The notes beneath the pieces were generated by a model, which saw only the letters and a list, made by a program, of their open reading frames with translations, ran no database searches and was not told where the DNA came from. Positions 50,699 to 64,000 of a stretch of DNA of 64,000 nt are shown here, piece after piece. The position numbers and the translations under genes were made by a program. The DNA is from Parasitella parasitica NRRL 2501 (lineage: Eukaryota > Fungi > Mucoromycota): NCBI GenBank assembly GCA_025201805.1, contig MU619375.1, positions 6,828-70,827 on the forward strand, read 5' to 3'. Within the stretch, counting starts at the first letter, position 1. Each line of letters begins with the position of its first letter.

Positions 50699-52569
50699 TT
50701 AAACGCCCTGAGCAATACGAGGCCAAGTTTCTCGAATCTATATATATATATATATATGCAATAGAATGCATACAAAGAAATAATCTTTAGCATTCTAATA
50801 AAGATAACGAATATTAACAGCAACAAGTTATTCCTTACCTTTTCATACAGACCAGGCTGTGATCTGTGTACACACAATAAGAAAAGCATTAGTATTTTTA
50901 TTTTTTTTTTTACGCGAGTCTCGTGAATAATTAGTTTACCTTCTCAAAGCCTCAGGATCTTCAGCAAGGCAAACAAATGTTGTTGCTACACCACTTGAAA
51001 TGACAGTGGCAATAGAAGAGAACATCGAAGCACCGATCAAGAAGCACACCATGACAACTATAGGTGTCATGCCGCCATCACGGTTCCAAACGGGATTTGC
51101 TACTTGTAGGTAGATGAAGCCCAACAAACCACAAAGGACCCCTACCAGCAAACCGCCCATAAACAATACATTACCAATCAGATTATCATTGATCATAGCT
51201 TCAATGCCTCGATCTTTGATCAAGGTCCACGTTCGTCTTGCGGTAGGTACGAATGCTTGACCGTAGATGGCAACGCCACTGAAAGCGTAATAATTGAACC
51301 ATTCCTATACAGTAAACATGTTGAGAGATGAGTATATTATTTTCAAGCCGAAATCCTGTGTGTAAAAATGCCAAACTTACAAACAAACCAGCTGCACAAT
51401 TTACGAGACATTGAACAATGCAAATAAAGAAAGCCATGCATGCGTTATCTGTATTGGCTCTTGCAATGGACAAAAAGTACCGAATAAGGTTGACAAAGGC
51501 AATGAGCAAAGCGCCAAAGCAAATAGAGCCAAAGCTGGTGGTCAATGCACGCTTGGCGCTTCCCCAAACAGGATGACGGATGCCATCATTTAAAAAGTAA
51601 ACCGTTGCAAAGATGCCGGCCAACGTAACATGAGTGAAATACGTGATGACTTGACTGGTCCAATAGAATGAAAACACAAGAAATACCATTGCGCAGTTCA
51701 ACTGGGAATTATTGCTACTGGAACTATACCAAGCTTGGTAGATGCCGATCGTTGTAAACATGAACAGAAAACTGAAGGCGGTTTGAATGATGAGCGAGAT
51801 GATGCCAATGACAATGGTAGATGGTCGACTTTTTGTAATACTGGTGATTGTCTGCAGCATGACTATATACATACGAAAAAGACGATGTTTGAAAAGACGC
51901 ACATACTATATATTTACAACATATACCTGTTGCGAAAGGAATTCTGCTTTTCCACCAAAAGAAGCAAGCAACGTACAAGCATGAAAAGATCAAGAATACA
52001 ATGGCGGCAGAATAATAGTGTTGAACAAAGTAGTAGATAGTGACACCAAAGTAGACAATGATGGACCCGATGAACGTAACCACAATCAATGGTTTTGGAA
52101 AGAGATTCGCTAGTATCAAGTAGAGGAAACTGATACCAAAGCCAACAATCGCCGAAAACCCAAATATTTTCAAGGTGGATGTGTCAAATGTCAAGCCAGG
52201 ATAAGCGTTTTCAGACTGTACGCCGCTGTAGGATCCCTTGTGGTTTGTATATGTTCGACATGCAACGACAGCTAACCCGATAAAAGCGCCCAAATTACAA
52301 AGCCAGAGTATCGTTGCCCAAACATCATTCCAGCCCTTTGCAGGCCTTATCTTTTCTGCTTGTTGTTGCGGTTGCTGCTCAGAAGGGTGAGGAGGAGGTG
52401 GTGGAGCGCCATAATTGGGAGGCGGCTGTCCGTACATTTGCTGTTGCTGGCCGTATTCTATATGAGCCTGGTCTTGGTAGTAGTTGTTCCCATCCATTGC
52501 AGGTGGAGGAGGATAATACTTGTGCTGATCATTAGGCAGATTAGAGGACTGTGAAGGCTGCTGATACAT
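50699..52569 (-). CDS. PNS1: Choline transporter-like (CTL/SLC44) membrane protein Pns1
   Basis: Pro/Gln-rich N-terminus, WNDVWA, SRIPFA, FSFYWTSQV, RALTTSFGSICFGALL, FVCLAEDP. Confidence 0.9.
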
Positions 52570-52708
52570 TGTTTAGAAATCTGTAGAAAGAACGAAAGAA
52601 AAGATCAGAATTCAAGCTTTTTTTTTTTTTTTTTTTTATTAATTCAACAATGTTTCAAAATAATGTGGTGATACAAAGACATTCTTTACCGAATCGGTGC
52701 ATAATCTT

Positions 52709-55129
52709 TTAAAATAAATCATTTAAAATGTCATTGACAAACTCAAATTGCTGTGGTTGTTGCTGCATTTGGGCTTGTTCTTGTAACGATGGCAACGGTG
52801 GATCAACAAACGGCGTCGATAGTAAATTAGAATTGAACAGTATTTGATTTATATCCTGCATCCAAGGCTCTTGTCCTGTCAGCCACGGAGCATTCACAAA
52901 ATCCACACTCGTTGACTGCGATGAAGGAGGAGGTGGCGGCCGAACTGGCCCTTGAACAATAGCTAGCTCCGGTAATAATGATGTAATGAAGCTTGAATCG
53001 TTATTAAAATCTACAATGTCAAACAAGCCTGTGTCATACGTGCTAACGCTGTTGGTTGGTGAAAGCGATGGCTCTGCTGCTGTGGCTCCCTCGGCTTTCC
53101 TTGCTGGATTTGCATGCAAAAACTTGTGGATGACCGTCTTTAGGATATCGCAGGTTGCCCAATCACCCCAGATGATAGGTATACTTAAAATCGCCTCGGC
53201 CATATCAATGTGCTGTCGTATCGCATCGGATGCTTCCAATCGGTAGGCATACATTAAAACTTGGGCAGCAGCATCAACAGCAGAAACGATAATGCCACGA
53301 GGTAAGAAATCGGTTTGATCGTAATAGTTGATGGGGCTGCTGAGGTGTGCAAAGGTCTTTTGTATCAGCTCAATCGACTCTGGTACTGCTTTATGCACTC
53401 GTAATACATTCTCCACGTTGGTTAGGTCGAGCTCTGTAGGGGTATATCTTTCGTAAATGCTAAAGGGATTTCTTTTGCCGTCTGGCTTTAGCACCGAGTC
53501 TCTCACGAAATACAAGCTGATTCTGTAGAACAAATAAAACAACTCTATGGTATAAGCTTGTAGAGGCGACCAATCTTTTCGGTTTTTCTGAATAAAGTCG
53601 TGGAAATCCTCCAGTACCTCTGTGATTCTTTCCTCGATGCCAGGTCTATTTTTCGGATATGGCGCAAACAAATTGGGATTGATCTGCTGTAGAATGTAAG
53701 AGGGTGCTTTTGGTAATTCTGGATCAGATGCATGCGGTAGTTGCAATATGAGTTTGCAACTCACTCTTGCCACTACGGATTTGATGTAAAACGTCTCTAT
53801 TAAATAAAAGTACCATTTCAGCAATCTGGGGTTCTTGTTCTCGATATCGTACTGGTATGCTTTGGATAATTTGGTGTTGGGCGGCGGATACGGATGCTCG
53901 TGATAGGCCAATGCAGCCCTAGGGATCTGTTCTACTGCAATCGACATGGTTAGTGGTTTTATTTATTTTTTCATCTTTTTTTGAGTTTCTTTACATTCAA
54001 CGCATCCTCTGATTGTAGTTTCGAAAGCTGCCCAAAACGTGTTTAGCAGCAATTCCTTCTCAACGCTGTTCAACCCGGCTGGCAGTGTGTTGTCAAACAA
54101 ACCCAATCTCGCAGCAAGCATGTACGACAGGCCAAAGAGCGACATTCCTCTTTTAGGGAAGCCAAATGTGACCTCAAACAAAGCCAGCAGGACCACGGCC
54201 TGATATTTACTTGGCGTCGTTTCGGCCGAGGCTTTAGACAGCAGAAGATGTGCATAATCCAGGAATGGATTTCGTTTCTTCTTGTTCAAGGCATCCCATA
54301 GCTCCAAAGGCTTACCGTCCAGGAGCTGGGACTTGAAGATGGTTGTTCCGTACACAACCGAGAGTAGGAGAGGGTCGGCAGTGTCTGTCCAGTAAGACTG
54401 CAGGAGCATCGTCTTGCTCAGTAGATTTGAAAAGGGATGGATGCAAAAAAAGCACTCTATCAGTCGCACTGCTTGCTGTGGCGGAAGTGAATTCAACGGA
54501 TTGATAACCAACGAGTAGTCTGATGGCGTTTCGAAAAAGGTGGTTGTAAAGTCGTATGCCAAGGCTGTCCGAGAGAAATCCAAATCAGTATAGTATGTCA
54601 ACTTGAGATTCGACACTCGCTTCATCAGAATGCTCGCCATGTCTGCGCTCATCCAGCTGAAATAGTCTGTCAAATCAAAGATCTTGACCTTGGAGCTGAG
54701 ACTGGCATAGTCGCCATGTTTGATGATTGCATTGCTACTCCTCCGCTCTTGGATGAATTGGTCAAGCGATGTGTTCTTTGCAAAATAGGTTGAAAACAGT
54801 GTATTGATGTAGTGGTCCAGGCCGTGTTCTGGGCTGTCATACAAGTACCGCATGGGAGTCAACAGCGGCATCATTGATATGTTTTCAAAGATGAATTCGC
54901 GGCAAAAATTGCTGGCATTATGGGCTTCTTTATCGTCGGAAATGTTGGAGGCTATTCGAGACAAAACTAATTTATTTACTACTGCATTCTTCGGTGGCCT
55001 CCCTACTGCGCCGGGCTTTTGGTACACGCAGGCTGTTTGTCGAGCCTCGCATCGGTTGCACGGCCTTTCTCCGTCGCATTTCACTTTTTTAATTCGACAA
55101 GGTAGACAGCTCACTTTTCGTTTAACCAT
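52709..55129 (-). CDS. Zn(II)2Cys6 transcription factor with fungal-specific middle domain
   Basis: SCLPCRIKKVKCDGERPCNRCEARQTACVY; one intron at about 53936-53994. Confidence 0.92.
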
Positions 55130-56066
55130 TTTATTTTGCAGAATTCATGTAAAAAAAAAAAAAAAAAAGGGAAAAGAGAGACGGTGGTTTATCTCCAGAT
55201 CTCCCCCTCTAAAAATAGGTGTTGGTCTGCCCAATCAAGTGGTTATCAGTTCACCTGGTTATGCTGTATGCCATCCTGAACTGCCTTGAGAGACTCGGGA
55301 CGTTGTTGTAGGCTATAGCCATTTACGAAATCACTGAATAAAACTGATATTGAAGCAATGTCTTTTAGTAATGTAAATCATGAAACTAGCTTTTGTGTGT
55401 AGAGGGATGGAGGGCGCATTAATTCATTAATATATTGAAAACCTCCCAAAGTCTGTTCAGCTGGTTATTTCTCAAAAATCATATGTGACAAATTGCCATC
55501 CGTTTCGACCAAAGTTGAATTGTTTTTGGCTCGGTCCTAAATAAGCTTATTTCAAAAAGAGTATTATGATATCAGAGCGTAGCGCTGCTTTGCATGGCAA
55601 ATAGTTGACGCTGGCGATATCCATTAGAAGAGCTTATGGAATTGATGATACAATTCAGGAACAAAAGCCAAAATCTTAAACGAGTCTTTCCAATTCATCT
55701 TTGTGGAATAATAATATTTCTGAACATCTGCATTATTTGCTCTTGCAATTGCTTCTTTTACCAATGATATAAACCCACTTTGATCTGATCATGATTGTAA
55801 AAAAAAAAAAAAAAGGGCACTACAGCTACACACTCGCTCCGCTCAAGGGGTTGAAAAGGTGTGATACGCTACTGCATTTTCATGGCCTGCATGTTAAACA
55901 TATCTAAATATAAAGAAATGACACAACAGACTACATGAGAACTACTGCGCAACAGACTTGAGAACAATATCCGTAACAAGAAAAACAAGACAGACGGGTA
56001 TACTAATAATAAATGCATGCAGGTTTTTAATATACTATATATATTGCTAAGGCTTTTCGTTTCTGT

Positions 56067-58843
56067 TTATGATCGTGTCAATAGTTGTGGTTCGATACGT
56101 GAGTAGAAGCATGTATCACAGACACGAGCCCATTCGCCACAATCCTGTCCATTTGATACAAACAGAGGCAACTTGTTTGAACTATGTTCATGGCAAAACA
56201 CATGTCCGCAGCTATTATAGAAACGAAATACGTCAATTCTGAATGGCCAGGCTGGTCATATTTACATGTCAGTTATACCTTCTACAGTGATGTCTACGCT
56301 GGAACACCCCAAATTTAGCATCACAATGCTTTGTTCGTTTAATGTAATCATGTCTGTCCTGGATCTTGAATTCGCACATCTTTGCATCGTCATCTTGGAT
56401 CCATTCATCCTGATCCAAGAGCTGGAATCTGGTCAGTCTTGCTTGCCTTGATAGTTTTATAATGTATTTGTGGCATATAACTTGATCTGGCTGTTGGTAA
56501 GGCTTGAAATACTTTTGTAAACCCTGTTTTTGTAAAGAATAGAATATATGAGTTGCCAAGAATGTTACATTGTACCAATGCTCCATGTTTTACCTTTGGA
56601 AGCAATCCCGGCTCTGTAGTAACACAGACACCAGAGATTATTACATTTTCAGGGTAGCCTAGTGTATCAAAATCTTGCTCTTCAATTTCTCCTGTTCCAG
56701 CTATACTGCCTATCCATTGACTCATGCCCCATTTAAATCGAGTAACCCCATATTCCAGTTTGGTTTGCCAATTGCTAGATCTGGGTTGTTCATCTGTAAT
56801 AGTAGTGTTAGTAGTGGCCATGGTGGTGGTGGTGGTGGCTGTAGCTGTGTCTAGGGTATTTTGATTGTGCTCATTGTAAATATTAATGGGCGTAATTGTA
56901 GCAGCTGAGCCGGATACGCCGAATGGCAAAGATGTAGTTGCTGCTGATGATGATAAAAATAGCAATGCATCTTTATGATGATGATGTTGTTGTTTTTGCT
57001 GCTGCTGCTGCTGCTGTAGCTGTTGTTGCTGCTGGACCTGTTGCATCATTAGCAGAGTAAACTTTTGCAGAATCTTGGCTTGTGTCTCCAACAAAACTGT
57101 TTCATATTGCTCCTGAGTTGATGTAACGAGTTTCGTAATGTTTTGCTGTATGTCATTTAGCTCTTGGTCGTCGTTAGCATTAGCACAATCCCCGCTAATC
57201 GTAGCAAGCAACTGCTGCTGCTGTGACAGTAAATGGCTCCATTTCTCGATTAATTGGCTCGGTGGCTTCTTGGCGATTGTACGAGAAGATAGCGCTGATT
57301 TGTTTTTGGTGCGTTTACGGGTTGGGATGGGTGATGTAGGGCTATGGGATCGCTGGGCTTTTGTCGTTGGACCACTGTGGTTGCTGCTGCTACTGCCACT
57401 ACTCTGACTACCGACTGTGGACATGGACAGTGTGGCAGAGGCCACATTAAGAGGCTGATTTTGCTCGTTGATGACGGACGCAGATAAACGCTTCTTGATG
57501 CTAGCGCCTTCGTGGCTTCTCGAAGTGGTTGTGGCTGTGGTGGAGAACGAAGCACGCCTGCTGCTAGCAAGTGTGCTATTGGATTTGGCAAGCTTGACTG
57601 AAGCTCCGGTGGTACCACCAGCACCAGCACCAGCACCAGCGGCAGCAGCAGCAGTGGTACTTTCAGAGCTCGAAGTGACTTTGACATTACGGTTACATGC
57701 AGCACAAATGGGACGACGCATGTAGCCAGGCAAGTGATCGTCCTCGCTATGGGTGTGAGTGTGCGTATGCTCCAAGTATGACGACGTAGATGACGAGGAA
57801 TCAGACAATGGGCGTCGAATAGCGATTGCCTGTGGGCAGTATGTTTTGTAAATAAATGAATGAATGATGCGTTTGTTTGTTGCAACACTTACCTCATCTG
57901 CAACGAAATCAGGGGAATTCTCTGCTTCAGAGCAGGAATCAGATTCAGATTTGGAACAAGGAGTCTGTTGTTGATTTCCTGCAGAAGGTGCTGCATCATT
58001 ATTATCCATTATCACAGAAGCAGCTTTGTTGTGCTGGTTACCATCATCTGTATTCATAATGACTGACGGTCTCTTTTGTAATCCTCTGCTGTAATGGCGC
58101 TTGCCGTCCAGATTATTGTCGCTGGAAGGAATTGCAATAGGACCATCACTGCTATTGCCATTAGGAGGCGTTGTATCACGTATGGTGGCATTAGGTATCA
58201 TGGATGCTCTTCGTTTTGCTTCAAGCACTTTTCGGACGGCTGGTGGTGGTGATGGTGATGGCGATGATGGTAACTCGGGCGCTAGGGTGGTTGTAATGAC
58301 ATGCTGCTGCTGCTGCTGCTTTTGTTGTTGTTGTTGTTGTTGTTGTTGCTGTTGTGGTTGTGGTGACCAGGAGCTTCTTCTTTGACCAAGAGGATAAGAT
58401 GGCAATGCTACGTTTAGTAATGGCTTATTTTCCACTATAGTGGGTGGCGCTTGGACTGTTGCTGCAGCTGCTGTGAAAGATTGCTTCCGAGCCCTAACAG
58501 CAGCGGATAGTTTTCTTTTGATTATAGCCTCTGCGGTATGCGAGGTGGTAGTAGAGGCAGTGTCATTCAAATTTGAACGGACGGCTTTTGCTCTGCTGGA
58601 GGCAGTGCCTCTGGTGATTGATTGATGTCGAGAAAGCAATTTGCGATTCAGATGTTGCTGATTCAACTCAGAACTTCTTTCAGGCGACTGCTGCTGCTGC
58701 TGCTGTAGAGTAGCAGTGGCAGTAGCATCGGTAGTGGCAGTAGCATCTCCTTGAACAAGAGGAGAGGTACTAGCAGATGGAAGGAAATTTAATTCATTCC
58801 CCCTTTTCAAGAGGTTTGTTGTTGCTTGTGGATCTTCTAACAT
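56067..58843 (-). CDS. Large disordered protein with C-terminal FYVE zinc finger
   Basis: WIQDDDAKMC, FGVFQRRHHCR/CGHVFC, ARVCDTCFY after splicing two introns; poly-Q tracts. Confidence 0.88.
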
Positions 58844-59145
58844 TTCGTGGGGGTGGGGATGGGGGAGGAAAGAAAAGGAAAAGCTAAAAGAAAAAGAAAG
58901 AAAAAGAATAGAAAGGAGGCAAAAGAAGAAGGAAAGAAAAGTACAAGACGAGATGCAATGGCTTGCTTCATATATATGTAAAACGCAACCTGTATGCTAT
59001 AATACCCCATTCGATAATTTTACACGCATGTCCATCATTTTAAAACGGCATCTTTCCCCTCAATTCTGCAGTTACACAGTGTCATTATTGGGGGATTTTT
59101 GCCGATGTCTGTTCCGTTGTTGCAAGTATATAAATATACGCAGTT

Positions 59146-60748
59146 TTATGTAAAAGAGAGGCTAAATACGACAAATAAACAGAATAAGACTATATAAAGC
59201 CATTAGTACATGTATACACAGCCATACATAATGTGCACACTATTTTACCGAATGAAAATGTCCAACGTCCACAATGTCCCAACCCAAGAAAATGCGATTT
59301 ATGCAACGCTTGTACTTTAATTTGCAGATTTTCTAAACGGATGGAAGGGTTCATCGTATTTTTAACGGCTAATTTCATGTGTCTGCTATACGCTTGTTGT
59401 AGCAAATGTCTACTTTTTTGCAAATTAGTCGAGGATTGCCCCATTTCTTTCGATTTTGTGTCTATAGAGGAGTATAATTGAAGATGGCGCTAATAGTAGT
59501 GGAGTGTATTAGATTACATGCACTGTATACTGCAAACTATGAGAGCCTCCAAACTTACCTCTGTGTCTATGTCTAATTGCTTTATTTTGTTCAGGTAATC
59601 TTGGATCATTAATTTGCTCGACTGGATTCTTTTGATCTCGTCATTGATCTTGTCGTTTATTAGATTGTGATCTGGTATAAGTTTACTAGAACATTAGAGA
59701 ATTAGTAAGTTTAGCCATTCTTGCTTGTCATTGTGATAATTAAGACACATTTCTCTCTCTGTCTCTTTCTTTCTCTCTCTCTCTTTCTCTCGCTCCTTCC
59801 CCCCCCCCTTTTTTTTTTTTGTTCTTACAAGTTTGTCGCGGCTGTTGTTGGATTTTTATTGACTTTTGAACTTATGCATGTCCAATCTGCAGGTGTTTTA
59901 AAATCCATCATTTGCTGCCTTATTTGAATTAATGATATGCTTTTTTCTGGCTGTACATTGTTATTATTATTATTATTATCACTATTGTTATCATTCAGCA
60001 GAGGAGCTCTTTTTTTTTTATGCTCGCTTCTCTTCTTTTTGCTGGCTAGATTGATGTTTAATTTCTTTCTTTTGTGCGAAACTGAGTTTGACGATGATGT
60101 AGATGATAAAGAGTGTATCGATACTTGATCTTTGGGTTTTTGTTTCTTTCTGAAATATTTTTTGGTAGGTCTAGTCATGTTCAAATACTGTCGATGATGG
60201 CGTCGAGTTTTAGACTCGTCTTCTTCCTCTTCATCTACTTCCTCTTCGCCATCATCGCTATGAATGATAGATGTGATCACATGCAAATGTGCTGAATGAT
60301 AGCTCTTGATCTTTGATAAGAATTTGTGATGATCTAATAGATTTTTTAAACCTTGTTAGTCTCATGTCAAACACGGCGCATACACAGTACAGCACTTACT
60401 CTCGGAAAAATTCGATTTAAAGGCTGGCATTCGAGATTCAAGAAACTCTGCTGATTCATTTGGTGCTGCCGCACCCTTGGTATCGTAAACGTCAATCTGA
60501 CCGCTGCTATGGTAATCAATGTTGTCGTTTTTATTCTCGTTGTCGTCGTTATCGTTATGAATTTTCGGTGCCTGCTTTTTAAATTTCTTGACTTGATCTA
60601 CTAGTTTTCCTACGACCAATTTCTTGTTGACTTTCTTCTTTTTTGATTCTAAAATCGGTGATGTAACATTATATTCGAAATGATCAAAGTCTTCTTTTCT
60701 ACTCAAACTACTGATACTGCTATGGCTACTGCTGCTACGAGATTCCAT
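59146..60748 (-). CDS. Hypothetical coiled-coil, tail-anchored membrane protein
   Basis: Multi-exon model MESRSSSS...; final spliced segment RWTFSFVLFCLFVVFSLSFT* forms a terminal hydrophobic helix. Confidence 0.55.
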
Positions 60749-61479
60749 GCAGATAAATATGGACAAAGAGTAAGAAATATATATAAATATAAAACGAGAG
60801 ATAAAGAGAGAGAGTATGTGAGAGAGAGAGAGAGCGAGAGAGAGCGAGAGGGAAAGAGATTTATCGGAGTTGACCTGATAAATACACATGAAGGGATCAA
60901 CATTAATCCCTCACTCTCATCTCTTTTGTTCTTGTTATCAACATATCTCTTTTTGTAGAAAATCTCTTTTTGTATAACCCATCATTGATTGTTGTAAATA
61001 CATATGCAATGCTTGATATGCTACCTTATTGTTTTAATTTAATCACATTCATAATCAAAAACTCTGTTGGGTGTTATTGATGTGATCTCAATGAATGTTC
61101 CGTTTTTAGAAAGAACAGGAGGTGTTTTTTTTTTCTTTTTTTTCACCTGAAAACACATATTTGGGATGACAAAGTACAAATATGACACAAAAAGCCGTTT
61201 AAACAAGTTTTTATCGACAGAACACTTACATGTGCACATGATGTATAGTTTAACGTTCGCTAGAGATCGTAACAGGTCTCATTCAATCAGTTGTTTTAGT
61301 TGCGCGAGAAGAAATTCATGATCGCAGCGGACATCTCATGTGCCGTACAAAGATCAATCAAACATTCAAACAATGAAATGCGGTAGTAGCAATGCAATTT
61401 TTTTTTTGTTTTTTTTTGTTTTTTGAAAAAAAAAGGGGGGGGGGTGATATTATTATATTTACAAATACTAATATTTTAC

Positions 61480-64000
61480 TCAAGGATGAGCACTCATTAA
61501 TTCTTCTACGACTTTACACAGATCTTCCACCGATTTATCTAATTTTCGCCCACCATAAAGACCATCTACTACTGCTTGCATTTGTTGAGGTGTCAAGTCT
61601 AAAAAGCTTTCAATCAGGTCACCATCAATGAAATTAACAGCTTCATCTTTTCTATCCATAATGGAAACGCTTCTCCAGCTTGAAAGATCTTAGTACATGA
61701 AATCAAAATGTCATTTTTTCCAAGCTGGACACTTACTCTATATGACTAAGATCACCTATGCTTTTAACCACTCTAGTCATATTGTATTGCATTTGATCTA
61801 ATAATTTGAATCGATCAGCTGTTAGATCCGCAATCAAGCCAATTGCACCACTCGCTGTAGCAAATATCAGTGTTGATGCTTCCGGTTTACGGTCAGGGTC
61901 CGCATTGTTCAGTCCCAAGGAACCTAAACGAAAAAAAAATATGAGCACAAACATCACTTGTAATTATTCAGCGGATACTACTACTTTACCAAATCGAAAT
62001 TTGCGAACAGTGTCTCCTAGATGCCATACACTCACTGTTTCTAAGAGTGGCTCATCGTTCATACTCTCGTCTACGCATTTTTCTGCGACGAATATATGAC
62101 CATGGCGTTCTGCGGCAATATAAAGATTTGCATCAGCAGCCTCGACGGCTAATATTTCTTTTAGCTTTTCATGGGCTGCTACTTCTATCAGAGTGTCCAA
62201 TTTGGAATCATAACGTAGCACTACAATAGAATACGCCATGTCGCCAGTGATGATTAGGTCGTTTATTGTTGTCATAGTCTCTGTGATTGATGGCAACCGC
62301 TTGTTACATGTCGATACAAGTGTTCCTGTCTCGTCCCATTTATAAACGTGCAGCTAACATATATATATATATACATAGATAATAAAAAAAAAGTGATATC
62401 AGTGTTTGCAATAAATACATGTATAATGGCTGTAAATACGGTACCACACCCTTGACACTAGCGAGCAATCTTCCCTGAAATGCCCTGATACAATCCACCA
62501 TGCCATCCGTCTTTATCTGCGTAGCCAATCTCAAAATACGCTGTGAGGTGACTTGCAGAACGATAATGCGGCCCATGCTTTTATTTTCGTATTCATCTGT
62601 ATCTCTTCCCGTGGCTACAACGTAATATTCTGTAGGGTCGTGCTCAAACGTGATGCTCGTAGCTGATAACGGCCTTTCAAATTGATTAAAGTATATTCTA
62701 TCCAGCCGCTTGAACGTTTGGTCGTCCAAGATTTCGAATCCGCCCGTTGTCGTTGAAGCAGAGTAAGGTTCAGACGAGATGTGTTCAGTAATGATGCCGA
62801 AAGTCCTTGTTGTTTCCTGGTAAGTGATGCGTCTAGGTGTGTCGACGGTTGGTATCTTTGTAATGTGTAGCTTTTGAATCTCTTCCATCTGTCCAATGAC
62901 GAGGCCGTCTTTGGTTGTCAATGCCACTGCATCAGGGAACGATAAACTGTTGAACGAGGTGGCACATTGAACCTCCTTTAGATTGACGTTTGAATAAATA
63001 AGTTTCTTGTTGCGGCTGTGAATAACGCTGGGCTTGTCGGATGCTGCAAAGACATGTGTTGTTCCGTTCGATGTAAATGTGCTGAGATGGATAGGCAGCT
63101 TGCCCAAGAAGGATCTCTTTTTGTCAGACAATGTCCCTGCCTTTGTGTCCAGTTTAAAGTTGTAGAATTGCCCATCACCCAACGCTACTAGCAGATAGCA
63201 TATGTTTTCAAATTTAGCCATGAGAATCGATCGAGGCATGATAGGGCCTGCCAACTTTTCTTCCTGTATCACTTGCAAGTCTGGCAGCGACAGTAAACAC
63301 ACGCCCACATCCTCCCACAAACCAACAGCCACTACGTTTGAATGCAGTGGAGTTTCTGCATCAATTGGGCTCGTGTCGATACAAGAAATCTCGTTCGGTA
63401 ACTGAGCGGTGCTAAATTTGGAAGTTTAAGAATATATATACATATATTTATATATTTATACATATATTAAAAAAAGAGTTACCTGAGGAGCTCTAATCGC
63501 TTATCTTTAATTTCCAGGGCGACAAGTTTGCCATGGCCTGTAGAAACAACGCACTGAGAGGGATTTGCGCTTGCAACAGTGATCTGCACACTATCCTCAG
63601 GAACCCATTCGTCCAACAATCCACCTTGACCATTAGCATTCATTAATCGCACACTTTTGTCAGTTACTTGAATCACCATATCGTCCTTGACGTTGGCAGC
63701 TATCAAGGTCCTGCAATTGACATTGATACCCGAGTGAGCATCCAATTGCGTCATTGCGTTACCGCGCAATGCCAATAAACGGGTTTGGTTGACAAACGAA
63801 ATTACTAGCATATCATCGTGTTTCTCGTAGAACGACGAACGCAATGCCCAGACTCCTTTCACGCCGCTGATCCCAATCGTTGCCAACTCATTCAACCCAA
63901 CACCGTTTCGAATGATCCTCAGCGAGCTGTCTTTGGCTACACCCGAGCATGTAATCAGCTGTGTTTGGCCTTGCTTGTCCAAGTCAGCTACACAGAAATC
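61480..64000 (-). CDS. DDB1: DNA damage-binding protein 1 (CUL4 adaptor); 5' part lies outside the window
   Basis: QLITCSG...[51 protein letters not shown]. Confidence 0.93.

Noticed and set aside
57138-58625. Antisense ORFs over the FYVE gene (also over ALDH, hexokinase and SSK2)
   Set aside because: Shadows of codon bias and triplet repeats on the coding strand.

Overview
Intron-rich, AT-rich eukaryotic DNA that reads as an early-diverging fungus, most likely Mucorales. This is inferred from short GT-AG introns, poly(dA:dT) tracts and protein similarity. About 22 protein genes can be built by hand-splicing: an Elongin-B-like UBL, SPT small subunit, listerin LTN1, ERG24 (cut by a 735-nt N gap), a membrane J-protein, ALDH, a UBL-eS31 fusion, a short STI1/Hop, SSK2-type MAPKKK, VPS36, an HMG-box TF, DOM34, hexokinase, a ModF-like ABC ATPase, DIC1, PNS1, a Zn2Cys6 TF, a FYVE protein, DDB1 and several hypotheticals. 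A decayed Helitron cluster lies at about 42.7-47.0 kb. The most notable observations are: (1) ribosomal eS31 is fused to a strongly diverged FUBI-like domain rather than to ubiquitin; (2) the adjacent STI1 lacks TPR1-DP1; (3) a GC-rich multi-hairpin element at 1.35-1.53 kb has G-U pairs all favouring the + strand and is a candidate ncRNA; (4) a 13-aa MAPKKK tail duplication shows 8 synonymous and 0 non-synonymous changes; (5) VPS36 needs an apparent 26-nt intron. All calls were made by eye; no database searches were run.
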